From positions 1 to 64,000 of the forward strand of contig JAJYNW010000015.1 in assembly GCA_021786105.1 (NCBI GenBank): a stretch of 64,000 nt of DNA, read 5' to 3'. This document shows, piece after piece, positions 46,003 through 55,199 of the stretch (within the stretch, counting starts at the first letter, position 1; each line of letters opens with the position of its first letter). The notes under the pieces are model-generated. The model had not been told where the DNA came from. It worked only from the letters and a program-made list of their open reading frames with translations, and did not search any database. The stretch is from a bacterium. GTDB lineage: Bacteria > Patescibacteriota > Microgenomatia > Daviesbacterales > UBA10151. The position numbers and the translations under genes are program-made.

Positions 46003-47855
46003 TGAAACTTAAGATTGCTCAAGTCGTTGGTCTGAATACCGATCAAAAAGCTGCTCAAGTCACCTCGGCCGCCAGGGATGATAATACCTTTCTGGCGGTT
46101 TTAGAGATGTCTTGTGATGATGCTTTTACTAAAGGCCGGCAGGCTTTATCAGAGTTGGAAGACTTCTATTTTGAGTTTGAGGGGAATGCCACCGAAAGAT
46201 TAAATGCTACCTTTACCGAAGCAGAAAACAAATTATCCAAAGGCGGTGAATTTGATTTAGTGTTGGCCACGGTTTCCGGCAAGGTGTTGTACCTAATTGG
46301 TAAGGGTCAGGTGGAAGTTTATTTAAAACGGGGAGAAAAGTTGTCACCGCTTTTGTCGGTAGGTGCGTCCTCACAACTTATTTCCGGTTTTTTGCAAGAC
46401 GATGATAAATTCTTACTTTGCACCGGTAGCTTGGCTGCCTTTCTAGGCTCAGAATTGGAAAAATCCTTAAGCTTGCCGATTGAAAATTTTGAGGAAGAGG
46501 TAGGCAGTAAAATTGGCACCTCTGATTTAGATAGCCAAGGGCTGGCTGCTTTAGCGGTGGAAGCTTTGGAGGGGAATCTGGAAATTGCCCCGATTGTTTC
46601 TCATGAGGATTTGGGCCGGGTATCTCAGTCAGAAGAGCGGGCTATTGAAAATACTGTTAAAAAACCGCTAGTTCTTATTCCTGTGATTGCGGATAGGGTT
46701 TTGAGGTTATCCAGACGGTTGGGGTCCTATTTCCCAAAGTCTGGTCGGGGACGGCTGATTGTGGCAGTTGTTTTAATTCTCATTATTATTGCCGGTGTGG
46801 GCTATAAATATAAAACAAGCCGTGACCACAAAATTCAGATCCAATTTAACCAGTTATTGCAGGAAGCTAAGGATGATTTTAACGGAGCTAAGGGAATTGC
46901 CAGTTTGAGCCCGGCTGATGCCAAGAGCAAACTGGATCAGGCTAAAGACCTGATTAGTAAAGCTTTAGTTTTAAAGCCGAATGATCAAGAGGCCCAAAAT
47001 TTCAAAAAACAGCTGGAGAGCGAATCGTCATCAATTTTACAGCAAGCTGAAGTATCGGAATTCCCGGTGTTTTTGGATTTGGATTTAATCAAAAAAGACT
47101 TTCGGGCCACTCAAATGAGTTTATCTGGCGGTAAATTGTTACTTTTAGACCCGGGAATTAAAACTTTGGTGGTGATTGATCTTTCGAAAAAGAGTAATCA
47201 GATTTTGGCCGGATCAGAACAGTTGGGGGAGGCTGGCTTTGCCTCGTTAAACGGCGGACTGGCCTTTATTTATTCTAAAGATAAGGGGATTTTAAAGATT
47301 GATACTAACAATCAAAAAACTACCAAGGTGGCCAAAAAGGATGATGAGTGGGGACAAATTGCTGATGTTTATGGCTTTGCCGGTAATGTTTATGCTTTAG
47401 ACTCAGGTAAAAAAGAGACGCCGCAAAGCGGACAAATCTGGAAGTATCTGCCAACCTCTGATGGTTATTCCGACAAAAGGATGTATCTGAGCAAAGATGC
47501 TAAGGTGGATTTTAGTGGTGCTTTAAGGATGCAGATTGAATCTTCGATTTATGTGCTCAAAAGCGGGGGAGAGATTTTACGGTTTACCAAGGGCGATAAA
47601 GACAATTTTTCCCTGAGCGGGTTGGACAAAGGGGTTAAGGATCCAAAGTCTTTCTTTGTTTCTTCTGATACTGATAATCTATATTTGTTGGATTCCGGTA
47701 ATTCCCGTCTGCTGATTTTAACTAAAACCGGCAGTTATAAAGGACAGATGGTCGGCAGTAAGTTTGCTACCTCTTCGGATTTGGTGGTGGATGAGGCCGG
47801 GAAAAAGGTGTATTTGCTGGATGGAAGTAAGATTTATACCGCAGACCTCAAATAA
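46002..47855 (+). CDS. membrane protein: PP2C-like N-domain, TM, helical linker, beta-propeller
   Basis: ISGFLQDDDKFLLCT; TM; repeated .Y.LD blades. Confidence 0.65.
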   Translation: MKLKIAQVVGLNTDQKAAQVTSAARDDNTFLAVLEMSCDDAFTKGRQALSELEDFYFEFEGNATERLNATFTEAENKLSKGGEFDLVLATVSGKVLYLIGKGQVEVYLKRGEKLSPLLSVGASSQLISGFLQDDDKFLLCTGSLAAFLGSELEKSLSLPIENFEEEVGSKIGTSDLDSQGLAALAVEALEGNLEIAPIVSHEDLGRVSQSEERAIENTVKKPLVLIPVIADRVLRLSRRLGSYFPKSGRGRLIVAVVLILIIIAGVGYKYKTSRDHKIQIQFNQLLQEAKDDFNGAKGIASLSPADAKSKLDQAKDLISKALVLKPNDQEAQNFKKQLESESSSILQQAEVSEFPVFLDLDLIKKDFRATQMSLSGGKLLLLDPGIKTLVVIDLSKKSNQILAGSEQLGEAGFASLNGGLAFIYSKDKGILKIDTNNQKTTKVAKKDDEWGQIADVYGFAGNVYALDSGKKETPQSGQIWKYLPTSDGYSDKRMYLSKDAKVDFSGALRMQIESSIYVLKSGGEILRFTKGDKDNFSLSGLDKGVKDPKSFFVSSDTDNLYLLDSGNSRLLILTKTGSYKGQMVGSKFATSSDLVVDEAGKKVYLLDGSKIYTADLK

Positions 47856-47924
47856 GAGTCTAGTCGCTAGAGTCTAGAATCTAGTACAATCTACCTTGAC
47901 TCTAGACTCTTGATTCTAGCCACT
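47855..47924. repeat. 7-nt-periodic palindrome (CTAG family) upstream of smpB
   Basis: AGAGTCTAGTCGCTAGAGTCTAGAATCTAG...CTTGACTCTAGACTCTTGATTCTAGCCACT-ATG. Confidence 0.8.
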
Positions 47925-48365
47925 ATGAAAATAGTTAATAAAAAAGCTCTTCATAATTACCATATTTTGGAACACTTGGAAGCCGGGATTGTCTTATCCG
48001 GGGCGGAAGTTAAATCCATTAGGACCGGCCGGATTGATTTAGGTGAAGCTTATGTACGGATTTTAAATGGGGAGGTATATTTGGTAAATGCCAATATTCC
48101 CCGTTATAACCAGGCGGCAGATAAAGAATATGATGCTCAGAAATCCCGGAAATTATTGCTTCATAAAGACCAAATTAATTCATTAATCGGCAAAACTTCC
48201 GGCAAAGGGGCAACTTTAGTGCCGGTTTCCATCTATGAAAAGCATAATAGGTTTAAGGTAGAGGTGGGGTTGGCTAAGAGTAAAAAAGAATTTGATAAGC
48301 GAAAGATAATCAAGGAACGTGATCATGCTCGCAGGGTGGAGCAGGAGCTCCGCGGAAAAGAATGA
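47925..48365 (+). CDS. smpB: SsrA-binding protein
   Basis: NKKA.HNY, EAGIVL.G.EVKSIR, RKLLLHK, K.FDKR..IKER motifs. Confidence 0.96.
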   Translation: MKIVNKKALHNYHILEHLEAGIVLSGAEVKSIRTGRIDLGEAYVRILNGEVYLVNANIPRYNQAADKEYDAQKSRKLLLHKDQINSLIGKTSGKGATLVPVSIYEKHNRFKVEVGLAKSKKEFDKRKIIKERDHARRVEQELRGKE

Positions 48366-48426
48366 CTTTTCTCCTGGCAATCTTGATTATTGTTTTTAGC
48401 CTCAAATTATGGTAATATACTAGCCT

Positions 48427-48847
48427 GGGGATGTATTGTCTCGACAGGATTGCTCTTTAAAAACTGCAAGCCGCTTAGGAAACATTAAGCGTTAAATATT
48501 GTTTCAAAACACAAACGGCACAAGTTATTTGTCCCGTGCTGCAGGCAAAATGGCTGAGCAGATGTCTGACTTTGGGAGAAATCTCTTAGTTGGCTCTACT
48601 CGAGTCGCTTTCGCTTAAAGCTACTTTAGGTCATATCTTCTTTCTGACGGGATACTAAGGTACGTACAAAGTCAGGATGCTGTTGGCAAAGTGTTGGTTG
48701 ATCTTTGCTAACAAAAGACGACTCAATCATTCATTAGTTTTCCTGCTAATTGGTTACAACTAATGAACAAAAATTAATTAGCTAAGCTTGTAGAAGTTTG
48801 AGAAGTTACAATTTTGGACGGGGGTTCAAAACCCCCCATCTCCACCA
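48427..48847 (+). ncRNA. ssrA: tmRNA
   Basis: 5' GGGGATGT...TCGAC, 3' GACGGGGGTTCAAAACCCCCCATCTCCACCA; tag ORF ending VAFA*; directly after smpB. Confidence 0.95.
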
Positions 48848-48865
48848 ATTTGTTAGAATGATTTT

Positions 48866-49564
48866 GTGGGCTTAATCCTCGATTTGTTATTTCCCAAAAG
48901 GTGTGTGGGTTGCAAGAGATTTGATAGCTACTTTTGTCAGGATTGCATCAGGAATATTTTACAAACTGATTTAGTGTGCCCTCAATGCGAGAAACTGGCC
49001 ATGGGCGGTCAAACTCACCCAATTTGCCGGAGACGATTTGGTTTAGATGGTCTTTGGAGTTTAGGTATTTACCAGGGATCTTTGAGGGAGGCCATCAAGC
49101 AGCTAAAGTATGGTAAAGTCCGTGGTTTGGCAGAAGCTTTAACAGATATCACTTTAGAATATTGGGTTAGATACCAGCCATTTATATTAGACCAAATTAA
49201 GAAAGATGCCGGTAAGGGATGGGTAGTTATTCCCGTGCCCTTACATTGGTGGAGGGGCAATGATAGAGGTTTTAATCAATCTTCTTTAATCGGACAACTT
49301 TTAGCTCAAAAATTGGGTTTAACTTATGCTGATGGATTGAAACGTGTACGTTACACCAAATCTCAAGTAAAGCTAAAAGGTAAAGATCGCCACTATAATA
49401 TCCGAAACGCTTTTGAAATTTCTAAACCCTATACCCTAAACCCTAGTCCCTATGTTTTATTAATCGATGATGTCTGGACCACCGGTTCCACTTTGCGCGA
49501 GTGTGCGTATGTTTTGAAAAGAAATGGGGCCAAAAAAGTTTGGGCAATAACCTTAGCAAGATAA
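48866..49564 (+). CDS. comF: ComF family competence protein
   Basis: LLFPKRC..C Zn finger; PVPLH..R...RGFNQS; LLIDDV.TTGSTL motifs. Confidence 0.92.
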   Translation: MGLILDLLFPKRCVGCKRFDSYFCQDCIRNILQTDLVCPQCEKLAMGGQTHPICRRRFGLDGLWSLGIYQGSLREAIKQLKYGKVRGLAEALTDITLEYWVRYQPFILDQIKKDAGKGWVVIPVPLHWWRGNDRGFNQSSLIGQLLAQKLGLTYADGLKRVRYTKSQVKLKGKDRHYNIRNAFEISKPYTLNPSPYVLLIDDVWTTGSTLRECAYVLKRNGAKKVWAITLAR

Positions 49565-49569
49565 ATAAC

Positions 49570-49842
49570 TTATACTTTAATCCTTACAAATTTGTAGTCT
49601 ACAATCTCATTCTCCCAATAGAATTTTCCGTTTCCTTCCAAAACTATTCCTAATTCATCATATTGCTCATGTTTGTGCCAATCCCATTTAGATCCTGGTT
49701 TTAATGTGCCCTTTGTAAGTGCATCTATATTATCGGAAACAAGATCTTCCTTTGTTGCCAGTGTTTGTCTGGAATTTGGCATGTCATGGATAGCTTCAAA
49801 GGGTACTTCTGAGATATTAAAGATTTTAAATTTTTTAGACAT
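49570..49842 (-). CDS. cupin-domain protein, probably C-terminally truncated
   Basis: WHKH...DE...VLEG.G motif 1; ends before the second cupin motif. Confidence 0.55.
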   Translation of the reverse strand: MSKKFKIFNISEVPFEAIHDMPNSRQTLATKEDLVSDNIDALTKGTLKPGSKWDWHKHEQYDELGIVLEGNGKFYWENEIVDYKFVRIKV

Positions 49843-49856
49843 AGAAAAAAATCAAG

Positions 49857-49943
49857 CGGAGAGGGTGGGATTTGAACCCACGGTCCTCTTACGAGGACAG
49901 CGCATTAGCACTGCGCCGCACTAGGCCACTATGCGACCTCTCC
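49857..49943 (-). tRNA. tRNA-Ser(GCT)
   Basis: GGAGAGG acceptor, GCGCA-GTGCTAA-TGCGC anticodon arm, long variable arm, TTCAAAT T-loop. Confidence 0.93.
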
Positions 49944-49966
49944 TTAAAAAATGCTATATCAAAGGG

Positions 49967-50054
49967 CGGTGGGGGTGAGATTCGAACTCACGGTAGTATT
50001 ACTACTACATTGGTTTTCAAGACCAACCTGATAAACCACTCCAAGCACCCCACC
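49967..50054 (-). tRNA. tRNA-Ser(TGA)
   Basis: TTGGT-CTTGAAA-ACCAA anticodon arm, long variable arm, TTCGAAT T-loop. Confidence 0.93.
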
Positions 50055-50139
50055 CTGTAGCGCTAATTGTAACAAACTGTCTCTTGATAATCTAGAAGAG
50101 TAATGGCATGATAATTGCAGAGTGGCTTAGTGCAAAATT

Positions 50140-50898
50140 ATGATAATTGGTACTTGTCTGTTTTGTAAGAGAAAATACAGAAAAAGAGAAAAAAAACGCA
50201 AATTTTGTTCTTTATCATGCTCGAGTAGTTACAATAAAAACGGCCTTAATCAGGTAATCTTGCCTCGTAAGAGTAGGCTTTTAGCAGAATTTATAGGTAT
50301 TTGTCTCGGTGATGGTTATGCTTCTGGTTATCAAGCAGGTATTACACTAAACTCTATAGCGGATCGAAATTATTTGTTATATGTGGAAGATTTGGCAAGG
50401 AACTTATTTCCTGGAGCTACTTTTTCCATAATTAAGAGAAAAAAAGAAAATGCTATTGATATTAGAATAAATTCTAAAACAGTAGTAATTTTTCTTAAAG
50501 GTATGGGGGTTATTCCTAATGCAAAGACAATACCAGATTGGATATTGAAAGAGGAGAAGTATACTAGAGCATGCGTTCGTGGATTATTTGATACAGAAGG
50601 TTCAATATCTTTTAAGTGCTATAGAGGTAAGAATGGAATAAGTGTCTATAAACAGTTAAATTTTAGAAATTCCAATATGATACTAATGGGTTTTGTTAAG
50701 AATAGCTTGATTAATCTTGGTTTAAAGCCAACTACTACGATGAGAAGATCGCTCTATTTAAGTAATCACGACAGTATAGATACATACCGTAAGAAGATTG
50801 GGTTTAGTAATCCTAAGCTAAGGGAAAGAAGTTTAATAGAGGATATTTCTGCTTATCTTAACTGGAAAACAAGATTTGATAATCCAGCTATTACTTAA
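50140..50898 (+). CDS. free-standing LAGLIDADG endonuclease-like protein with N-terminal Cys cluster
   Basis: LAEFIGICLGDG and VRGLFDTEGS motifs; C..C...FCS..C N-terminus; AT-rich. Confidence 0.85.
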   Translation: MIIGTCLFCKRKYRKREKKRKFCSLSCSSSYNKNGLNQVILPRKSRLLAEFIGICLGDGYASGYQAGITLNSIADRNYLLYVEDLARNLFPGATFSIIKRKKENAIDIRINSKTVVIFLKGMGVIPNAKTIPDWILKEEKYTRACVRGLFDTEGSISFKCYRGKNGISVYKQLNFRNSNMILMGFVKNSLINLGLKPTTTMRRSLYLSNHDSIDTYRKKIGFSNPKLRERSLIEDISAYLNWKTRFDNPAIT

Positions 50899-50926
50899 AT
50901 AAATATTAGGTTATAATCTAACTACC

Positions 50927-51529
50927 ATGCCCGAGGAAGAGAAACAAAAACCCTCTAAAAAGGAGACTCCAAAGCATCCAGAGCGAGAATCTGTCGGGCC
51001 GGAATTTTTTACCCCTAAGATGATGGAAACAGAAGAGATTAAAACCTTGCTCTCTTGGGAAGCGCCGTCCCGGCCTTTCCGGAAAAAAGACCGTTCGTAT
51101 TACACTACTATTATTATTTTGGTGGTGTTGATAGTGTTAATTGTTTTTCTTTGGCTGGGGGATTTTTTACTGATTGGTGTAATTTTATCTTTTGGCTTTG
51201 TTGCCTATGTTTTAGCATTTGTACCGCCACACAATATCAAATATAAAATTTCTACTCAGGGGATTACCATTGGGGAAGATTTCTACTTTTGGCATTTTTT
51301 GGATGCTTTTTGGTTTAAGGAAAAAGACGGGTCAAAAGTATTACATATCCAAACGCGCCTGTCCTTTCCTGCTCAACTGATGTTGGTTTTGGGCAATATG
51401 AGTGAGAAGGGGGTTAAAAAAGTGGTAGCTAGGTTTTTGCCGTTTGTAGAAGTGCCATACAAAACCTGGATGGAGAAATGGTCGGATGGTTTACAAAAGC
51501 ATTTTCCTTTAGAAAATGTTCATCATTAA
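50927..51529 (+). CDS. conserved membrane protein (DUF5673-like)
   Basis: LLSWEAPSRPF, two TMs, Y.ISTQGI.I....Y.W..L..FWF. Confidence 0.65.
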   Translation: MPEEEKQKPSKKETPKHPERESVGPEFFTPKMMETEEIKTLLSWEAPSRPFRKKDRSYYTTIIILVVLIVLIVFLWLGDFLLIGVILSFGFVAYVLAFVPPHNIKYKISTQGITIGEDFYFWHFLDAFWFKEKDGSKVLHIQTRLSFPAQLMLVLGNMSEKGVKKVVARFLPFVEVPYKTWMEKWSDGLQKHFPLENVHH

Positions 51530-51600
51530 TTTTAAGGTTTATCCCTTGTGATTGGTTTACTGTTGCCGAGTTTGATTTTATAGTACAATAACCCCTGTTT

Positions 51601-51676
51601 GCGCCTGTAGCTCAGCGGATAGAGCGCAACGTTGCGGACGTTGAAGTCGGGGGTTCAATTCCCTCCAGGCGCACCA
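51601..51676 (+). tRNA. tRNA-Arg(GCG)
   Basis: CAACG-TTGCGGA-CGTTG anticodon arm; encoded CCA. Confidence 0.92.
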
Positions 51677-51681
51677 AGGGA

Positions 51682-51769
51682 GGTGGGGTCGCATAGTGGC
51701 CTAGTGCGCTGGTTTCGAAAACCGGTATACCGTAAGGTATCGTGAGTTCAAATCTCACCCCCACCGCCA
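51682..51769 (+). tRNA. tRNA-Ser(CGA)
   Basis: CTGGT-TTCGAAA-ACCGG anticodon arm, long variable arm, CCA. Confidence 0.93.
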
Positions 51770-51770
51770 T

Positions 51771-51842
51771 GCCCTCGTAGGCTAATGGATAGACCCCGGG
51801 ATTCCGGATCCCGTGATGTGGGTTCGATTCCCACCGAGGGCA
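51771..51842 (+). tRNA. tRNA-Arg(CCG)
   Basis: CGGGA-TTCCGGA-TCCCG anticodon arm, TTCGATT T-loop. Confidence 0.92.
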
Positions 51843-51850
51843 CTTGTTAT

Positions 51851-52264
51851 ATGAAACGTGAGTTTTCAGCAGGTGGGATTGTTTTTAATAATGAGGGTCA
51901 GGTGTTGGTAACCCAGCACTCTCAAAATAAGCATTGGAGTTTCCCCAAAGGTTTACTTGATCATCCTGAGCAAACTACAGAAGAATCAGCATTAAGAGAA
52001 GTTAGGGAAGAGGGGGGAGTGGAGGCAAAAATTGTCGGCAAGGTGGGTTATAACAAGTATGTCTATACTTTTAATGGAGAGAAAATCTTTAAAGCGGTAA
52101 CTTATTTTTTAATGGAATATGTCTCAGGAGATATTAAAGATCATGATTGGGAAGTGTCTGAGGCTGGTTGGTATGAACCGGAAGACGCTTTAAAACGACT
52201 TACATTTAATCAGGATAAGGAATTGCTAAAGAAAGCTTTAGAAATAAGGGAGGTGTCATCCTGA
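51851..52264 (+). CDS. NUDIX hydrolase
   Basis: SAGGIV, WSFPKG, ESALREVREEGG Nudix box; true start ATG 51851. Confidence 0.9.
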   Translation: MKREFSAGGIVFNNEGQVLVTQHSQNKHWSFPKGLLDHPEQTTEESALREVREEGGVEAKIVGKVGYNKYVYTFNGEKIFKAVTYFLMEYVSGDIKDHDWEVSEAGWYEPEDALKRLTFNQDKELLKKALEIREVSS

Positions 52265-52343
52265 GCGAAGCGAAGGATCTCTCGCGGATGCGAGTATTCC
52301 TGAAACAAGTTCAGAGATTCTTCGGCTATGTCTCAGAATGACA
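52254..52343. repeat. REP-like palindromic element supplying the NUDIX stop and the TlyA start
   Basis: TGTCATCCTGAGCGAAGCGAAGGATCTC...GAGATTCTTCGG...CTCAGAATGACA. Confidence 0.85.
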
Positions 52344-52912
52344 AAAAACAATTTGTTTCCCGGGGCGGGATAAAACTGCAGGCAGTCTTAGATAAGTTTC
52401 AAATTGATGTTAAAGATAAAGTAGTTTTGGATGTGGGTTCTTCCACCGGCGGATTTGTGGATTGTCTTTTGCAGCAGGGTGCTAAAAAAGTTTATGCGGT
52501 GGATACGGCTTATGGGGAATTGGCTTGGAGACTTAGAAATGATCCAAGGGTGGTGGTGATGGAGCGGATTAATATTTTGCATCTGGAAAGTTTACCTGAA
52601 CCAGTCGATTTAATTACCATTGATGCCGGTTGGACTAAGTTAGAGCTAATCTTACCGATTGTAAAGAAGTTCCTCAAACCTGATGGTTTTATTATTGCTT
52701 TACTTAAGCCTCACTATCAAGCAGATAAAAAAATCCTTAGAAAGGGTGTAGTTCCTGAGGATTTAGTAGAAAGTATTAAGAATCAAGTATTAAGGATTAT
52801 AGAAGAATTAGGATTTAAGATTCAAGGGGAAATGGAATCGCCGATTTTAGGTGGTGCAGGAAACAGGGAATATCTACTTTTTTGCGAAGTAAAAAAGCAA
52901 GCAGGCTTTTGA
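52328..52912 (+). CDS. tlyA: TlyA-family rRNA methyltransferase (no S4 domain)
   Basis: FVSRGG.KL, LDVGSSTGGF.DCLLQ.GA, L.KP and SPI.G..GN.EYL motifs. Confidence 0.85.
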   Translation: MSQNDKKQFVSRGGIKLQAVLDKFQIDVKDKVVLDVGSSTGGFVDCLLQQGAKKVYAVDTAYGELAWRLRNDPRVVVMERINILHLESLPEPVDLITIDAGWTKLELILPIVKKFLKPDGFIIALLKPHYQADKKILRKGVVPEDLVESIKNQVLRIIEELGFKIQGEMESPILGGAGNREYLLFCEVKKQAGF

Positions 52913-52922
52913 AAAAAGATTC

Positions 52923-53135
52923 TTACTTCTTCTTTTTTTGAGAAATGAAGAGATAAATTAAGGGTAAAATGCCAATAGAATTAATAACCAGTAAAGCAAT
53001 GAACCAATAAAGCTGTTTATTCCGGGCCGCCCGCCACAGGGCAAAACCTTTTAAAACTAAATCAAGGATGGCAAATGGTGCCAACCAGGCAAAGGGACCA
53101 AAATTATACATGTGGTAAAAATATCCCGGCATCAT
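52923..53135 (-). CDS. small membrane protein (DUF5652-like)
   Basis: KG.ALWRAARN.Q..WFI.LL.IN..GILP.IY motif. Confidence 0.75.
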   Translation of the reverse strand: MMPGYFYHMYNFGPFAWLAPFAILDLVLKGFALWRAARNKQLYWFIALLVINSIGILPLIYLFISQKKKK

Positions 53136-53175
53136 AATTTAAGTACACCACTTTACGCCAAAAATTGCAAGGGGG

Positions 53176-53264
<89 letters not shown>

Positions 53265-53289
53265 AAACCTTGTAATTTTAACAAATCTT

Positions 53290-53316
53290 GAGATCCTTCG
53301 CTACGCTCAGGATGAC
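53290..53316. repeat. half copy of REP-like element
   Basis: GAGATCCTTCGCTACGCTCAGGATGAC, right arm of the 21782/52254 family. Confidence 0.7.
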
Positions 53317-53418
53317 GATGAGGGAGAGCTTGTTTTCGGGACTTATTTGGTGTACAATTTGCGCAACAATACCTGAAAGCCGCAACTACATATGGGCCTT
53401 TGGGATAATTGCAAAAAC

Positions 53419-55194
53419 ATGGACGACGTCGAAGCTGTTAAAGAAAAAATTAATATTGTTGATTTGATCTCCGAATACGTCCCTCTTAAAAAAGCCGGCG
53501 TCAACTTTAAAGCTAATTGTCCTTTTCATAACGAAAAAACTCCCTCATTTGTAGTGTCTGCCGAACGGCAAATTTTCAAATGTTTTGGCTGTCAAAAATC
53601 AGGTGATATGTTTACCTTCTTAATGGAAAAAGAAGGGGTGGATTTTAAGGAAGCTTTGGAAATGCTGGCTAAAAAAGCTGGCGTGACCTTGAAAAAAACC
53701 GCTGATAAGAAAGATTTCCGCGATCGGTTGTTTGAGGTTAACTTAAAGGCCCAGGAATTTTTCCATTATATTTTGACCAAGCACAATTTAGGTAAAAATG
53801 CCTTGGATTATTTAACCAAAAGAGGGTTAACGGCGGAAACAATTGAAAGCTTTGGTTTGGGTTATGCTCCTAATTCCTGGGAATCTTTAACTAAATTCTT
53901 GCGCAAAAGAGGTTTTACCACCCAAGAAATTATTGACTGCGGCTTGGGAGTGGCTTCTAAATCCGGGAGTTATGACCGTTTCCGCGGCAGGGTCACTTTT
54001 CCGATGATTGACGGTAAAGGAAAGTTAAGAGGTTTTTCCGGACGGGTGTTATATCCGGCCGAACCAAAATATATCAATACTCCGCAAACTCCGATTTTTG
54101 ATAAAGGTAATTTGTTGTTTGGTTTAAATTTGGCTAAAGGTGAAATCAGGAACAAAAAAGAGGCAGTTTTGGTGGAGGGGGAAATGGATATGATTTTGTC
54201 TTTTCAATCCGGTGTCAAAAATATTGTGGCCTCTAAGGGGACGGCTTTAACTGAGGGTCAAATTGAATTGCTGAAAAAATACACGGAAAACTTGAAATTG
54301 GGTTTTGATATGGATTTAGCTGGGGATAGTGCTTCACGGCGGGGAATTGAACTGGCAGATCAGGCCGGTTTAAATATTAAGGTAGTTCAACTTGATAAAG
54401 GTAAAGATGCGGCGGAGGTGGTCAAAGTTGATCCGGAGGCTTGGCAAAAAGCTATTGAAGAAGCAGTGCCGATTTATGATTATTACTTAACCTCGGTGGC
54501 CAGAAGGTACAATACCAAAAGCCCGGCCGATCTTAAAAAGATTGGAGAAGAATTGATCCCGGTGTGGGCCAAGATTACTGATGATTTAGTCAGGGAATTA
54601 TATATTCAAAAACTGGCAGCCTTCTTAAAAACTGATGAGAAGATTTTGAGGGATGCAGTAGAAAAAGTGCGTAAAAGCCCGGAGAAAAGTTATGCCGGTC
54701 TTTTAAAAAAGACTAATACTCCGGATAATGTGGTTTCTTCCAAATCCAGAAGAGAGCTCTTGGAAGAGTACTTGATTGCTTTACTTTTGCATCCGCCGGT
54801 CGATGGTAAATTTGTCCCTAATTTTCCGGAAACTTTATTTCTGGCAGAAAGATGGCGGCAAATTTATGTGTTATTGGTGCTTTATTTAGATTCCATTTCG
54901 TTTAAAAGCCGGGCTTTTGATATTAACGAATTTGTGGCCGGTTTACCAAAAGAGTTGACTCACGAGGTAGATCGATTATACTTAATGGAACTTGATGGCC
55001 GGCTTTTGGATGAAAAGCCCTGGAAGAAGGAGTTGGATGAGGTAGTATCAGAACTGAAGAAAGCTTTAATTAAGGCTTCTTTGGAAAAGCTATCTTTGGA
55101 AATCAAGAATGCCCAGGCTTTTGATAAGATGGATATAGTTGATAATCTAAACAAAAGGTTTAGAGATTTATCAGTTAAACTGAAAAATTTATAA
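53419..55194 (+). CDS. dnaG: DNA primase
   Basis: [44 protein letters not shown] and KDAAE motifs. Confidence 0.97.
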   Translation: MDDVEAVKEKINIVDLISEYVPLKKAGVNFKANCPFHNEKTPSFVVSAERQIFKCFGCQKSGDMFTFLMEKEGVDFKEALEMLAKKAGVTLKKTADKKDFRDRLFEVNLKAQEFFHYILTKHNLGKNALDYLTKRGLTAETIESFGLGYAPNSWESLTKFLRKRGFTTQEIIDCGLGVASKSGSYDRFRGRVTFPMIDGKGKLRGFSGRVLYPAEPKYINTPQTPIFDKGNLLFGLNLAKGEIRNKKEAVLVEGEMDMILSFQSGVKNIVASKGTALTEGQIELLKKYTENLKLGFDMDLAGDSASRRGIELADQAGLNIKVVQLDKGKDAAEVVKVDPEAWQKAIEEAVPIYDYYLTSVARRYNTKSPADLKKIGEELIPVWAKITDDLVRELYIQKLAAFLKTDEKILRDAVEKVRKSPEKSYAGLLKKTNTPDNVVSSKSRRELLEEYLIALLLHPPVDGKFVPNFPETLFLAERWRQIYVLLVLYLDSISFKSRAFDINEFVAGLPKELTHEVDRLYLMELDGRLLDEKPWKKELDEVVSELKKALIKASLEKLSLEIKNAQAFDKMDIVDNLNKRFRDLSVKLKNL

Positions 55195-55199
55195 AGAAT

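Noticed and set aside
50055-50926. Group I intron or intein hosting the LAGLIDADG ORF
   Set aside because: Flanking tRNAs are intact, intergenic space is too short for an intron core, and no host protein or splicing motifs are seen
53362-53414. Possible hairpin leader upstream of dnaG
   Set aside because: Pairing is imperfect and cannot be distinguished from chance without covariation data
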